Shown: positions 39,069 through 51,830, counted from the first letter of the stretch. The stretch is DNA of 64,000 bases from Tubiluchus corallicola (GCA_030141605.1 JAQGDQ010000284.1:1-64000), one strand, 5' to 3'. The notes: generated by a model not told the origin, from the letters alone. Numbers and translations: made by a program.

Positions 39069-39088
39069 AGTAGAATTAATATATACGA
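37488..39088 (-). mobile_element. Two head-to-tail non-autonomous Helitron copies (~37488-38295, ~38296-39088)
   Basis: Each has an A|TC 5' end with (TA)n nearby and a CCTTTGCTA 3' end on the minus strand; same family as 30148. Confidence 0.75.
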
Positions 39089-40346
39089 TGAGATCATGAT
39101 GCTAGAAAACTTATTCTTATGCATGTCTTCTTTTGATCACAATTACGTTATATATTCTTTTGATTATATTTTTTATTCAATTCAATTCAACTTTATTTTC
39201 TCAATAGCAGTTAAAATTCGACATCTTTTTCAAAAAACGATTTCGTATCTTTTTCAAAGAAATTCACATAAATAAAATCTTTGTTTGGAACATAGCGATA
39301 TTGTTTGATCTATACATCTGCTATCATGAGCCGTAACAAAAATAACTAAGGGAAATCCCAATTTCTTCATCTGCACCTCTTTGATTCACTGAATGGCCTA
39401 TAATCTGTATTTGTGCATAGATATAAAATTATAAACATATTGGTTATCCTTTTACAGTTCAACATCTGATGTATTGCTGTTCTGCAGAGTTATTAAAAGA
39501 ATGCCAGTTAGATGTTCTTCGCTGATATTCGATAACCAACTAAATTAGAATTATTGGAGACTCAGATTTGCGACACGTTTATCATTAGTCTATGCCTCAA
39601 AACTGCTAACAACCCAGAACTGCTCCATCCATCGACGAGGATACTGCTTTGTCCGTTTTGCATCATCTGCTTTTGAATTTGCTATCAAAGTAAGATTTCT
39701 TGCCAAAAACGGAAATATTAATTTTTGTTGCTAGGAGATGTGTACAAGTAGAGCCAAGGCAGCGCCTAAAAAGCAGTTTGAATTAAAATTGCCAATAGAT
39801 ATGGCAAAGATCTCTATTATTGTTGCGGTACTTTTACTTTAGAGTATTTTGTGTTCATTTATGGACCAAGTGTGCTTTCATGTTTGTTCCATAATTTTTG
39901 TATTTCAGTTCACTGATGTTTAAAATGGCCTAGAATAGTATTTCTTCTCCGTAGAGTGAATTTTATGTTAGTCGCCTGATGTCAACAGAAAGTTCTATTA
40001 ACTGAACTGTAACTTGTGTAAGTGTACACGTTGGTAGTAATTATTAATTTTAGTAGTTGCAGTACTCAGTTCTAGTAGCCAGGAATGCTTATCTATTTTT
40101 CATAATTATCTGAATAGTATCCACATAGGATTTTTTATGCACCGACACGGCTTAGAGTTCATCCATTCGTCGTTAATATTTAGTACCGGTATCATGTGCA
40201 ATTATGCACTGTTGTGTGAAACTGCTGTATTAAAACATTTATTGTTTTTGTCACTACGTTTATAATGAATTGCTGACAGACAAGAACAATAGAAAGCTTA
40301 GCATTTTCCTGATTACAAACTGCAACCAGCCAACCACATGTCACTG

Positions 40347-40531
40347 TATAAAACCAGAGGTGAGAGTGAGTGGCTCAGATCAGTTAGCTGTTAACCAGCT
40401 GCTTAACCCTCAGTGGTAAACAATTTGGAACAAATTAGGATTTAAACAAAACAGACCTAAGTTGAAGACCTGTGAATGTAATGCTTATATTTATATAGTA
40501 CAGATGAAGTAGAAGTAGTTAAAGAAAAGAG
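40347..40531 (+). promoter_or_regulatory. Candidate TATA + Inr promoter and first non-coding exon
   Basis: TATAAAA at 40347, TCAGTT ~33 bp downstream, donor GAG|gtaagt at 40532. Confidence 0.35.
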
Positions 40532-41279
40532 GTAAGTTTGATTGAATTATAATTTTATTATATTTTATTGTATCCTTTTCTTGAAGTACTGTATCTTTGA
40601 TGTGAAATAAAGAAAGTAAGAGTTATAAAGAACAAATCAGTTAATATGTTGGGTTATTTTTTAAGCTTAAAGAAAAATATGAAATTTGCAAAAAAGCTGT
40701 CTGTCTATAAAGCAGCAAACGGTTAATTCGTACTATATCTGAATAGAAATTTTGAGGTGTGGTGGTTGCTGTCATTTATTTGGAAATTATAACGTAACTG
40801 GGTGATGTGACTGTTACAAATTCTTTTTAAAAACTTTTGACAAAGATTGACAGCGCACTACTTTTCTTCGGGACGAACAACGTCATTAGAAGAAGAATCG
40901 GCATTATGTGCGCCCAAGTGTGAAACGATCATGACCTTAAAAGATTTTACTAATGACAAGAGGTGCTTATCTCAGTTTTATTACTAAATCCTTGTAACAT
41001 TTTTCGCGAACATTGCAATAAGCCTAGCTTACCAGAAGGCTTGGCCTTGACTTTAAAATTTCCGTGCCTTATTGTGTTGCAAAATGAATGTAGTGCTGAG
41101 AACATTTTCAGTAAATGTCATATTTTGTTAAAAGTGTAGCTACAACAAAAATTCGTGTTTGTCATCAACAACGTGTACATGGCTTTTCTGACTTGTGCTC
41201 TTTTCACGGTCAACAAAACAAGACAACATAGTCCTTATTTATAACGTTGCTGCTGTACATAGTCCTCATTTATAATGCA

Positions 41280-41660
41280 AAGCCAGTAGCAGCTTTTACT
41301 GAATTAAAGCTGTAAACATAGTATAATGGATGACGTCAGAACAATGGCTTTGCGCCAGCAGTTTTCTAAGCGAAAATTGCCGAAAATGGAACATCTAATT
41401 AACTTGTTGGCACTCCTCTTGGTGGACGTGTACTAAAATATAGCCCACATTATCGTGTAGCTATGTTCTTCCTCTTTCTAAAGAGCTATATATCTCCTTC
41501 CGAGAGTCCAACCAGGCACCACTAGAATGTTTTTCCGCATGCCGTTTGGTCAAAATTTCGAAAAAATCGCCAGTTGGGTCCGTGGCCTTCTCGCAAATTC
41601 TAATGTGCTTATGACACACACCGCTGAATGGACTATCTATCCATGGCTGGCACCTCAGAT
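41280..41660 (-). mobile_element. Internal Helitron-family fragment
   Basis: Matches the 37600-38005 region. Confidence 0.75.
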
Positions 41661-42952
41661 ATGTTGCAGCCTTGTATAGGCATTTGAGAGACGATCGGGA
41701 GAATTTTTTTATAGTTGCACTAGAATGACATTAGTCATCGAGTTATTACGGCAAGACTCGTTTACAAAAAAGATGTAAACTTCAGAGACACTTTGACCCT
41801 CTAAGTCTCTAACTATGAAATATGATAATTTGTGTAATCATGTCTAAATTAAGTTATAGTTGCCGCATTTCTCTTATACAATGTACAATTAAAAATGTTA
41901 GCCGATGTAATGTCAGACATATTTTTTTAAAGTTCAGCTACCCACTTCAAAAGCTGAAAATATACGTATATAAAATGAGTGCGTTATTTTCTCTTTCACG
42001 AGCATAGCCATTTTTTGGGCCACCCAGGAAATTGAGGGAAAAAATTTCCATGGAGTACAGAACTGTGCCCGGTTAAGTAAATTTAGACATTATTTTTTCA
42101 ACGCCTTACTTAAAGGAAAACCGGGCGATTGATTAGACTCAATATCATTTAGTTTACTGTCCAGAATATACATTTTCTTGCATCTAAAGTTTTCCTTTGT
42201 TCGTTGCTACTTAAACTCGATAGTAGTAATACCCCTTAATATCTCATAGCAAAAAATTCCCAGTGGTCGCTGTTTGTGTGCACCGAGAACCGAAAGCAGG
42301 TTACTCTACTATCTGTCGCAGAACCCCCTGAGGGTAAGGCTCAATTGCGAGAAATTGGTCCAATTGGCTTAAGGCCTGCCCTGGTTGCAAGAAGTGTCGG
42401 GGTAAGATAAGATAAGATAATATTTATTTTCTTCGGTATGATATAAACAGTACATATTTGTAAAACATGAAGCTCGTAAACCGATATCAAACATAATGTA
42501 TATGAGCAATAACATGGTAATAATATGTATTTCTTTAATCTTTTGGATGCCACCAGAGGTATTGGTACAAGAAAAATTTAAAACTACGTGAAGACAGTAA
42601 AAAATTGAGACAGTAAAAATTTTAGGCAGTAACATTTTCTAAAATTTGTCCAAAAAGCTATCTAGGTCAATAAAATTTTTCCTGCCAACATTTCAGCATT
42701 TAATTACGACTTAACAAAATTGGGAAGTTCGCTGAATTTACAAATGGCACATTTACATGATATGCCAGTCCATGAGTTAATTAGACGTTTAAATTCCCCA
42801 AGGTTTTCGGCCATTCGGAGACAGTTTGGTAATTCATTCCACAATGTGGCTAGAATGAAACTAGACCTATGTCAAGATACTCAGATGTGTTTTTATCTTA
42901 GAAGCAACAGAAATGAAAATAATTTTATGTTTTTCAGACTTGTAACCATAAC

Positions 42953-43107
42953 ATGATGTTGGGCACAAGCCGCACGAATACAAGTCATACTCAGACTTTG
43001 CCAACGTCTGAATTGGCTAAACCTGTTCACATACAACGCCTTGAGAAAGCGTTGAGCCTTGATCGTCTTACAAACCAAATTGAACGTATAATGCAGGAGC
43101 CATCGAG
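42953..43107 (+). CDS. INO80: INO80 chromatin-remodelling ATPase, first coding exon
   Basis: MMLGTSR...ELAKPVHIQRLEKALSLD vs recalled human TELAKPLYLQYLERALRLD; acceptor at 42937, donor gtaagt. Confidence 0.88.
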
Positions 43108-44193
43108 GTAAGTGCTATTATAAATATTGTGCCATAGTGAAATGGGATCAGTTCTTGATACTTAGTACTCACTCAGCAGGGCTATGGAGTTGGAGGCGGC
43201 AGTAAATTTATTGTTAAAAGAGTCAGAGTTGTTCAAAATTAGGATTTTAGAGTCGGGACTCGGGAGTACATTTACTGTTAGAGTAGTCGGTAAAAATAGA
43301 CGGTTTGCATAGGCCTATGTGTTACAGTACTGCTTAAACGCATGGTGTCACGAAAAATGGGATTTACATCATGTAACGTAAGAAACTAACACTGCAGTTC
43401 ATGGTCATGCTTATCACTGTTCCGCCTTCTTTTTGTCGGCCACGCGAATGTGACAAAAAGGCAGCGCTGCCAGTCTTAGTAGATTCACTGAGCCGTGCGT
43501 TTAACGAAATTTGAGTATCCGAGGTGCTTATTATTTAATATAAGCTTTGATTTGTAGTTTTCAATATTTTGGAGCATTCTTTATTCTGAACTAATGTTTA
43601 CACTGTCATCCGGTTTTCCTTTAAGAATTTTTATTTCGTACCGTGATGCCAGCCTTGCTTGCAATTTTTAGTCTAATGAATAGATTTCATTTAGTGAGCT
43701 GTTTGTCAGCTGTTGTTATTACGATTCATTCCGTGATATACATACATACACTCATGCATGCACGCACACACACACACATACACACACATTATATATATGT
43801 ATATATTGTATATATGTATTTGTATATATGTACTTATCATGTATGTATGTCTTTTAATATATTTGTATATATTGTATACATATACAATATTTATGCATAT
43901 AAAATATATATATATATATATACACTTGAAAGATTACAACTAAAATTACAGGCCCTTGTATTTCATGTGTGAGTGGGTAAGGAAATTTTTACTAAAAAAT
44001 TTAGTACTTTAGAAATTTTAATATTTCCAGAGTGATTAATAGTGACTGATTTATTTTCTCCTGTAGTCCGTGTTCACTAAAGCCCCGTTTAGACTATCAG
44101 GTGTCACAATCAAAGCGAGTGAATGACTGATGCTTTCAGGATAGTGTAACCTCGCGGCTGTTTTTACATGTTTCTTCTACTTTATTTTACTAG

Positions 44194-44303
44194 TAGTGAA
44201 GACAATTCTTCGAGCGATTTCAATGATTCAGATGATGATGACGGCGGTGGTGGTCGGTCTGAAGGGTCAAAGCTTGTGAACGGCGTGATGGTCTCTCGCT
44301 CTG
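44194..44303 (+). CDS. INO80: INO80 coding exon 2 (acidic)
   Basis: tagtag acceptor; SEDNSSSDFNDSDDDD...; phases fit both neighbours. Confidence 0.8.
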
Positions 44304-45398
44304 GTTAGTAACTTCAGTGTAATGAGTTGCTTTGGAGATCAAAAAAGTCACCTCTTTCTTTTTTGTAGGGGGTGTCCCAAAATGATTGTTTTCTTAATAG
44401 GCTCACTTTGGGAGGGAATTGACTCAGTAAATTGACTGATTCAGTTAACCGACGGGTGTAGCATATTACTACTATAGGAGTGTGAATCAAGGCTCGTCAT
44501 TCTAGTATGCATTGCGAAGGCTTTAAATGAATCTTAAAAACAAATTAATACAAAATTCCTATGTGCAATTGTTTAAAAATACTAATTTAAATAAGTGAGT
44601 TAATAAAAAACAATATTAACGAATTACACGAATCTGATTATTACCACGAAAATTTACAAAAATTCGTGCGAGGTTGGTTGGTTCATTTCTGCACAAAGAA
44701 GTTAGTTTATGAAATTCTCATACTGATATTACGTTGAAAATCTGTTGTTTTGTGCTGTACATATTCATGCAACACACCTAGTCACCTAGTGCTTGAGCTG
44801 CAGTTGGTGATGACCTTCTTTCCCCTGTGAAAAGCAGCAGGAACTTCAAAAGTAATTCGCTGGACAAGTGATTAAATGTTTAGCTTCCACAAACAAGGAG
44901 GTTAACTGCAGCAGACAACAGGGTGACAGATTCAAAGCAAACTGTTGGTCAAGTGATTAAATGTTTAGCTTCCAGAAACAATGAGTTTAACTGCAGCGAT
45001 GAGCATGTGATAGATTCAAAGCAAAACCGCTAGGCTAGCATGTTAGCACATATGATAAACGTTCCTGCTTACAAACAAAGCTGTACTTAACATGACTGTT
45101 TCTACATTTGGTATAGTGCTCAGAAGCGAAGTAAAAATTTCATAAAAGCAAAAAAGCTCTGATTACTCACAAGTGTCTTATTTTAAGTACATGAAGAAAA
45201 TATTGAGTCAGTTATGCGGAGTTATATGAGTCAGTTACCGACAGTTTTTGTATACATTTGAATAGAAGCAGCCCATACTAGGTGTTTTTTAATCAATTAG
45301 GTGACTGATTCTATTAACCGTGAGTCTAATAAATGGCACCTCCTGCATTATTACCGTTTTTCCAACTACTATTTGAGTACCGTTTTTGTTTTGTTTAG

Positions 45399-45466
45399 AG
45401 CGCCGTGCAGATAAAGCAAGGTTGTACAATCTGACGAAAGTGAAGAAAAGTCGAAAATGGCTCAAG
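45399..45466 (+). CDS. INO80: INO80 coding exon 3
   Basis: RRADKARLYNLTKVKKSRKWLK|gtaagg vs recalled human LYNFSKLKKSRKWLK. Confidence 0.92.
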
Positions 45467-46144
45467 GTAAGGTGAAGTTAATTGATAACGAACGAGTCTA
45501 AAATACAGACATGTTTTAATTCCCTTATATGCATTTGTGGCCTAGTGGTCTAGTCATACGTAGTTATTTCATTTCTAGAGATTGCCAACGTTTTAATACC
45601 GATTTTTTTTGTTCAGGAATAGCTTTTATTAATTGTTTTGTTAATGTCGAATCCATAATCAATAATTAACAGTTATTGAACTCGATGAATTTTGCGCCCT
45701 CTCACCCTTGTGCCAAGGGCGGTTGCCCCCTGTCACCCCCACTTTGCCACGCCTCTGGGCGTTGGTAGCATTTTATTAAACAAAGCAAATGTTTATGATA
45801 GTCGAGTCGGTGTCATGATGATCTCTGAGTAGGCAATTTTGTTGCAGTTTGAAAACTTTTGTTAATTCCTTTGTTAATGTCAGATCTGTAATTAATAATT
45901 AACAGTCATAGAAGAATTTTGCACCCTCTCAACTTTGTGCCTTGGGTTGATTGTCCCCTGTTGTCCCCAGCTTACTATGCCTCTGAACTGTTCTATATTA
46001 ACCATAACTGTCCAGTTTTTTATTCGGAAAGTTTGTTACATTTGATTATATTTGCAAATTTATGATTTGTTCTTTTTGAGGCGTTACTGATTTCATTGCA
46101 CAAACGATTGTGCAGCTTTCAGTTATAGTTTGTCGTTGTTCCAG

Positions 46145-46270
46145 AACATTTTGCTCAGCGATTCCGACACAACGTCGAGCTCGGAGTTGGACGAGGAGGA
46201 CTTGCAAGAGATGCTGCACATGCATCAGTACCAGAAGAAACATCAGCAACTCTTTCACCAAAGCAAAGAG
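46145..46270 (+). CDS. INO80: INO80 coding exon 4
   Basis: NILLSDSDTTSSSELDEEDLQEMLHMHQYQKKHQQLFHQSKE. Confidence 0.9.
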
Positions 46271-46699
46271 GTGCATATGCGATGATGTTCTCCTTTAGAG
46301 TTAAGACTTCTCCAAATTTGTTTACGGTCAAATTGCATTTTGTATTTTTTATTTTGGGAAAGTAATTTCTTCTCATGCGGGTCAGAACGTACTCGTGGGG
46401 GGGGGGACGGTCGAGTTGTAGCTTCTGACTTGGATTGCAGGTGGCAAATGTTAAAAGCACTTATGTTTGATTAATCTTTAAAGGTTTTGAACCAAGATGA
46501 CAACGATTCTCTCTGTTTATTAATCACTGCAGGTTTTTATTTTTTTTATTTGCCCACATTGCTTGGAATTATTTAAATTTCTTAGCTTAACTCATATTAA
46601 CTTAAGTGTTGTGTTTTATAGAGGTGCCTTTAGAGTATTATCATTCTAAAGGATATTGTGCTTGGGAAGAAGTTTACAATTTCTCTCTCAAATTAAATA

Positions 46700-46882
46700 T
46701 CCCAATCCTAACCCTACCTTAAACCTAACCCAACCCTAACCCTATCTCTAACCTTAACTCTAACCCAACCTTAACCCAACGCAAATCCTAACCCTAACCC
46801 AAATCCTAACCCTATCTCTAACCCTAACCATATCGCTAACCTTAACCTTAACCCTAACCCTAAACCCAACCCAACACTAACA
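46700..46882. repeat. Degenerate (CCCTAA)n telomere-like tract
   Basis: Direct reading. Confidence 0.85.
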
Positions 46883-46934
46883 AATGAACTCTTTAGTACA
46901 CAAACGTACGTCCATATTAAACTTTGTAACTATG

Positions 46935-47097
46935 TTCAGTGTAGCAGCTCCAATGCTGACTTACCATGGCAAAACGTCCAGACACTTTGAAGTAAAAACG
47001 TGTGAACATCTGGGTATTTCTGAGCAAGAAATTACAAAACCACCTAAATCTAGCATTCGCGGCCATATTTGTGCCTCTGGTCACAAGGTTGACTTTT
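46935..47097 (+). mobile_element. Penelope-like GIY-YIG endonuclease remnant
   Basis: TYHGKTSRHFEVKTCEHLGIS...SSIRGH...GHKVDF. Confidence 0.7.
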
Positions 47098-47099
47098 AA

Positions 47100-47722
47100 C
47101 CCTTTCGCTACGTAGTTGCTTTTTACCTGGTCCACATTGGCTTTTGCACATTTGACAATAACTTCTTGTAGAGTGTTACTAAAACACAATCTTGTAAATA
47201 AATGATAGCCATTTGTTATTAAACACTAATATATAAGTTATATAAGTTATATGAGTTTATTTATTTCCAATCTGCATCTAACAATTATGATAAAAATACA
47301 GATAATTTCACTGAAGTCAATATAAATATAATGCAATAGAAATTACAAAAGAGATTCTTATGCAGCATATGCATGTGCAAATTACATTACAGAATAATTT
47401 TGATGCATACAGTTTGAGCCTGAAAGCATAGCTTGACAGGCCAAACTGTACATGGAAATCATAAAGAAGTGATTAATAATTGAAATTTTGATAATATATA
47501 CATAAAAGTGTGGGGGAGTAGTGAATGAAAGATGAAATGGAGAGAGAACTAAGAACAATATTGAATATTAGTTTGATTTGTACACACCCGCACACCCGCA
47601 CACATGCACACTCACACAAATAAGCGCATACTTATATTTAGAAGCCAATTTTCACAAAAGCCATATTGGTAATCCGTAATATGCAATTATTTTATGGCTG
47701 TGCCGCTTCCATAATGAAAGGG
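47100..47722. mobile_element. piggyBac-like MITE with a nested LINE/SINE 3' fragment
   Basis: TTAA|CCCTTTC ... GAAAGGG|TTAA; insert at ~47255-47555 matches 10841-11153. Confidence 0.7.
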
Positions 47723-47854
47723 TTAATAATTTTAGCATTGTGGCCTGAACATTTGTTTTATTTTAGTCTGTTGGTGTTATTAGAATTTTAAGTAATCAAA
47801 TTTTATGTTCGTACTAAACTTTGTATCCTAAAATGGTTTTATTTTTTTATTTAG

Positions 47855-47984
47855 TTGCATCAGTACAGGTATTACAGCGCTGGGCTCCTGTCGAATCAGG
47901 ACAGGTGGTACGATCAGCAGCGCACCGTCCTCGGACCCAAGAAGAAGCAGCTCATCAAGGACAAGAAGGAAAAGAGATTGAAAG
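47855..47984 (+). CDS. INO80: INO80 coding exon 5
   Basis: LHQYRYYSAGLLSNQDRWYDQQRTVLGPKKK vs recalled human LQQYQYYSAGLLSTYDPFYEQQRHLLGPKKK. Confidence 0.93.
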
Positions 47985-48826
47985 GTGACTGTCGATTTCA
48001 TTTTGACTCTTTGCCATTTCCGTAGTTTTGCCGGTTGCCGTGGAGGAATTCATGAGTGCAGGCCCACGGATTTTTCCCTGATTCGCATTTTTTGAAGAGA
48101 AATAGTTGAGAATTTCCACTAGAATCACGGAGCTCCTTTTTGTGGTTGTGTAACGAAACTGAAGTACTCCTAGAGTCACAATGTTCGTAGAGTAGAATCA
48201 TTTGTACGCGAGAGCGTGTCCTATAATGACATTATATATTTGTTTTACATGGAGTTAATTATGCATTAGTCTGTGCATAGAGTGATTTACTAGCAGGATC
48301 TTCTTTGGGAACAAGAAAAATGAACTAGCCAAGGTTCTATCTAGCTATTAAAACTGTTAATATTACAATAGCATTACCGAAATTTAGCTTAAGTACCTGC
48401 ATCGAATGTAACAAGCCCTCTCATAGTTTTGTCGCAGCAGCAGGTTAAGTGTACCACAGCAATGCGTCCTAACTACAACCATCACGTGACATGTGTGTAA
48501 AACAAGGCCGTCTGCTGCATCAGTTCAGTAACATCAGTTGTTTCACTTGGACTTTAATTCATTGTGCATTAGCCTGAGCGTATAGTGATTTACTAGCAAG
48601 ATCTTGCTTGTGAACAACAAAAATTGAACTAGGTAAGGTTCTAGTTAGCTGTTAAAACTGTTACTATTACAATAGCATAGGCTGCGAGGCTTTGTCAAGT
48701 GTACACAAATGCGTTGTCTGGTACGCTTAACCTTTGATCTTTTCACGATCATCGTCAATCGCTGGAAGTGTGAAAGGCTTACTGCCAGGAGAAAAACGAA
48801 TTTACGTTATTTAATCTTTTTTTCAG

Positions 48827-48891
48827 CCAAGTTGAAGAAAATGAAAATGAAGGAAAAGAAACTTGCTCAGCTTGGTCAATTTGTAGCAGGT
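48827..48891 (+). CDS. INO80: INO80 coding exon 6
   Basis: tttcag|(A)KLKKMKMKEKKLAQLGQFVAG|gtaagt. Confidence 0.85.
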
Positions 48892-49196
48892 GTAAGTAAT
48901 TGTTTATATATTCATTAGAATCTCTCATTGAGATGATATGTGCACATTCTACTGAGGCTAATATGCCTTTATGCCGCTTAATAGTGGTGTAGATACTTGT
49001 CCTGCCACCAGTCATCAAAATATACTACCAGAGTCACACACTGATTTATACAAATGTTTTTGAAGAAATAAAATAAAAATAAAAATGTCCGTGTAAGATA
49101 TACGCAGGCAGGAATCTTATTTGAAATGTTTCCAGTGCTGTAGATATTATAATCAGTCTGATATGTAACAGGTTTTGAACACATCTGTCTTATGAG

Positions 49197-49755
49197 TTGT
49201 TTGGCATTCTTCTGTATCGGAAGACAATGGAGTGTGCGCCAAGAGAGTCAGTTATTGATCACATTGATGGAGCTGCAGCATCAACTGTGGCTGAGCAGTG
49301 CGATCCTTGAACCACTGGAATGGCCTCTCCAGGGCGCACGCCTGGGCAAGGTGTATGGAGATCCTGAGCTGCCCAGACAACAGGAACCCCCTCTCTTCCT
49401 CCCTGGTGTAGTCCAAAGGAAAGCGGAGCGATACGTTTGGCACCAGGTTGGCTGCAGGAGCTGCCGGAGTCAATGAGCATGCTGCACTGGTCCGCCTTCG
49501 GGGCTCCACTCCTGATTTGAAAGATTTACTCCTCTACACATGACCGTTGGGTCACTTGACCTCCTCCGCCCTCTAGCCGTTGGCTGCTTGTGCAGCTCCT
49601 GCGCCTAGTGTTGAGATGCAGTGTGGGCATCCCGCAAGCCTACAGCACCTGGTATTCTTAGGCAGTCACCCATCCAAGTACTAACCAGGCTCTACGTTGC
49701 TTAACTTTGGTGATCAGACGAGAACCGGTGTCTTCAACATGATATGGCCGTAGTT
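49197..49755 (-). mobile_element. 5S rRNA-headed SINE (SINE3-like architecture)
   Basis: Full 5S-like head with no T-run terminator, followed by a ~440-bp body that is repeated at 883-1185. Confidence 0.75.
49636..49755 (-). rRNA. 5S rRNA-derived sequence (degenerate; SINE head or pseudogene)
   Basis: CTACGGCCATATCATGTTGAAGACACCGGTTCTCGTCTGATCACC...GGTTAGTACTTGGATGGGTGACTGCC...GTGCTGTAGGCTT. Confidence 0.88.
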
Positions 49756-49865
49756 TAATTCTCATAGGCTACAAAATACACAACGAGTGAGAAATCAGCT
49801 GTCTAACAAAGTGAGAAGTTCAGAATTCATAGCTTAACCGTATCTCAAAATTTTCTTTCATTTAG

Positions 49866-50024
49866 TCCGGCGATCCACAAGCAGACAGTGACGACGAACA
49901 GTCTACCGACGTGGCACCGGTGCGTAAAAAAGCACCCCCTAAGAAGAGGCGCCTCACCCCGTCCGAGGCTTTGACGAGGCGGAGGAAGATTTGGACGGGA
50001 ATTATGAAGAAAGAGGTGTCTAAG
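49866..50024 (+). CDS. INO80: INO80 coding exon 7
   Basis: ...KKRRLTPSEALTRRRKIWTGIMKKEVSK|gtaacg vs recalled human RRRKVWLSIVKKELPK. Confidence 0.9.
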
Positions 50025-50777
50025 GTAACGAGATATGGCAGTTAGAGGCATTTATGGCAAACCTTCAATGTTTCAGTTGAAGTCCATGTAAACCAATGAT
50101 CTTTATTTCTGCAATATTTAAATTAAAATAGAAGAGAAAAATCGACTGACATTGGCTAATTTTATGAAAAGTTCAATAGTTTGGTTAGATTGACAGTTAA
50201 TTAATCAATCAAAGAAGTATCAATGAATAAATCAAAATAAAAATTAGATAAAAATAAACTTACATCGTTGTGGCAAAAATCTAATGATAAATTTCGCACA
50301 ATTCGCATACACAACAGAACAGCGTAATAACAACATAACTGTGTCAATGGCCACACTTTAAAGTTTCCAGCTAGATGGAGCCACTTTTGTATAAAATCAA
50401 AATTCATTAAGACAGTATAAATCCTCACTGATGATTTAAGCCATTTTGTTGGCTATATAAGACTTTATTCAAGACACAATTGTTTTAATCATCTTGTGTT
50501 ATTTTGATCTTAGTTCTTATTTTATGCGTAAATCCCCGTGTTTGAATTGGACAGTGTAAATAAACTAGAATTGAAGGGAATTGAGGCGTTGGAAGATTTC
50601 CTTTAATAAGGCGAATCTCGAATATCAAACTACTATTTTTTGCTGGCCTTGCTGGCCTTAGTAATATCGACATTTCTGTTCAAATTAATACTGCTCTGTA
50701 CATATTAACTTTTATATTTAATTTTAAAAGGGAAGCCATTATGTAATTTATAAAGACAATTAACAAGACAGCTTATG

Positions 50778-51367
50778 TAGGGTTACCATATTGTCTGAGC
50801 TGAAAAAGAGGACCACGTGTCGAGCATTCGGCTTCCCAGTAATACTGACCTGCGCGAAAACACGGGTACTTGGCCTTCATTTCATCTGTAAATGCACACT
50901 GTCGTTTTGGCATTGCTACTTTCTAATTAACTATTACCCGTTACGCTCAAAACTGCAAAACAGTGAAACTATACAAATGTAAAGAAATTCAGATAAAAAT
51001 AAACAACATGGCTTCTGGAAGCTGACGTCATTTTAAGTCGTTAGCGAATACGCCGAGCATCGACAGCTGTATGAGTCGTGTGACCCACAGTGATGTGCGC
51101 ATCGCTTACTTTTGTTCAGTAAATTGGTACACAAAGCTTTTACAAGGCTTGCATTTTCAGATGTTAGCAACATCTTGTATTGAAAATTAACGAGCTTTTC
51201 TTTGTCTCGTACTGTCGTACGCCTCTGCAGTTGGCAACGTCCGTACATACTTATAGATTGAGGCAAAACCCGGACAAACTGCCGATTTTTTGAAAACCCA
51301 CCTGGATGCCCGGACAGAGGCCCAAAAAGAGGACTGTCCGGGGAAACCCGGACGTATGGTAACCCTA
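50778..51367. mobile_element. hAT-like MITE with 8-bp TSD AGCTTATG
   Basis: TIRs TAGGGTTACCATA/TATGGTAACCCTA. Confidence 0.88.
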
Positions 51368-51370
51368 AGC

Positions 51371-51830
51371 CAGGGTTGTGCAAATTGCGGCCCGCGAAGA
51401 GATTTGTCAACCTAATGAAAGTGCGGCCCGGGCGATTAATTGAGTGTATCCAGGGCAAGTCTGTACCACGATCCCAAAGATAGTGCGGTTAGTTTTTTCT
51501 ACTAGATCGGATGCCATTAACCCTTACAAGACGTTTGTAGCTTAATAACACTGTACTACACAGACTGTGTGATACACATTACTAATATGCATTGTTATGA
51601 AATTACCACTATCTGTCCTGAAAGTAGAAATATATGGTTTGTAATATAAATTTTAATAACTTCTAAAATAGTTTCTTGAGTGTAGTTGTAATGATGTACG
51701 CAGGTCGGATGCAAAAAAATCGTTATTAGGCCTTTCTGCACTTGGTTCCTTGATCAAGCTGCCTGTGGCCCGCAGGAATTGCGGGAAAGTTTAATGTGGC
51801 CCGGCTAGTCAGACAATTTGCACACCCCTG
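51371..51830 (+). mobile_element. hAT-type MITE (family of 5266) with perfect TSD CCCTAAGC
   Basis: TSD copies at 51363-51370 and 51831-51838. Confidence 0.92.

Noticed and set aside
39488-39689. Coding exon (cag|...|gtaaga)
   Set aside because: Stops occur in the frames examined and there is no recognisable protein similarity; it could at most be a UTR exon.
46700-46882. True telomere or chromosome fusion site
   Set aside because: Short, degenerate, single orientation and inside an INO80 intron.
49636-49755. Functional 5S rRNA gene
   Set aside because: Solitary intronic copy with substitutions, no oligo-T terminator, and fused to a dispersed repeat body.
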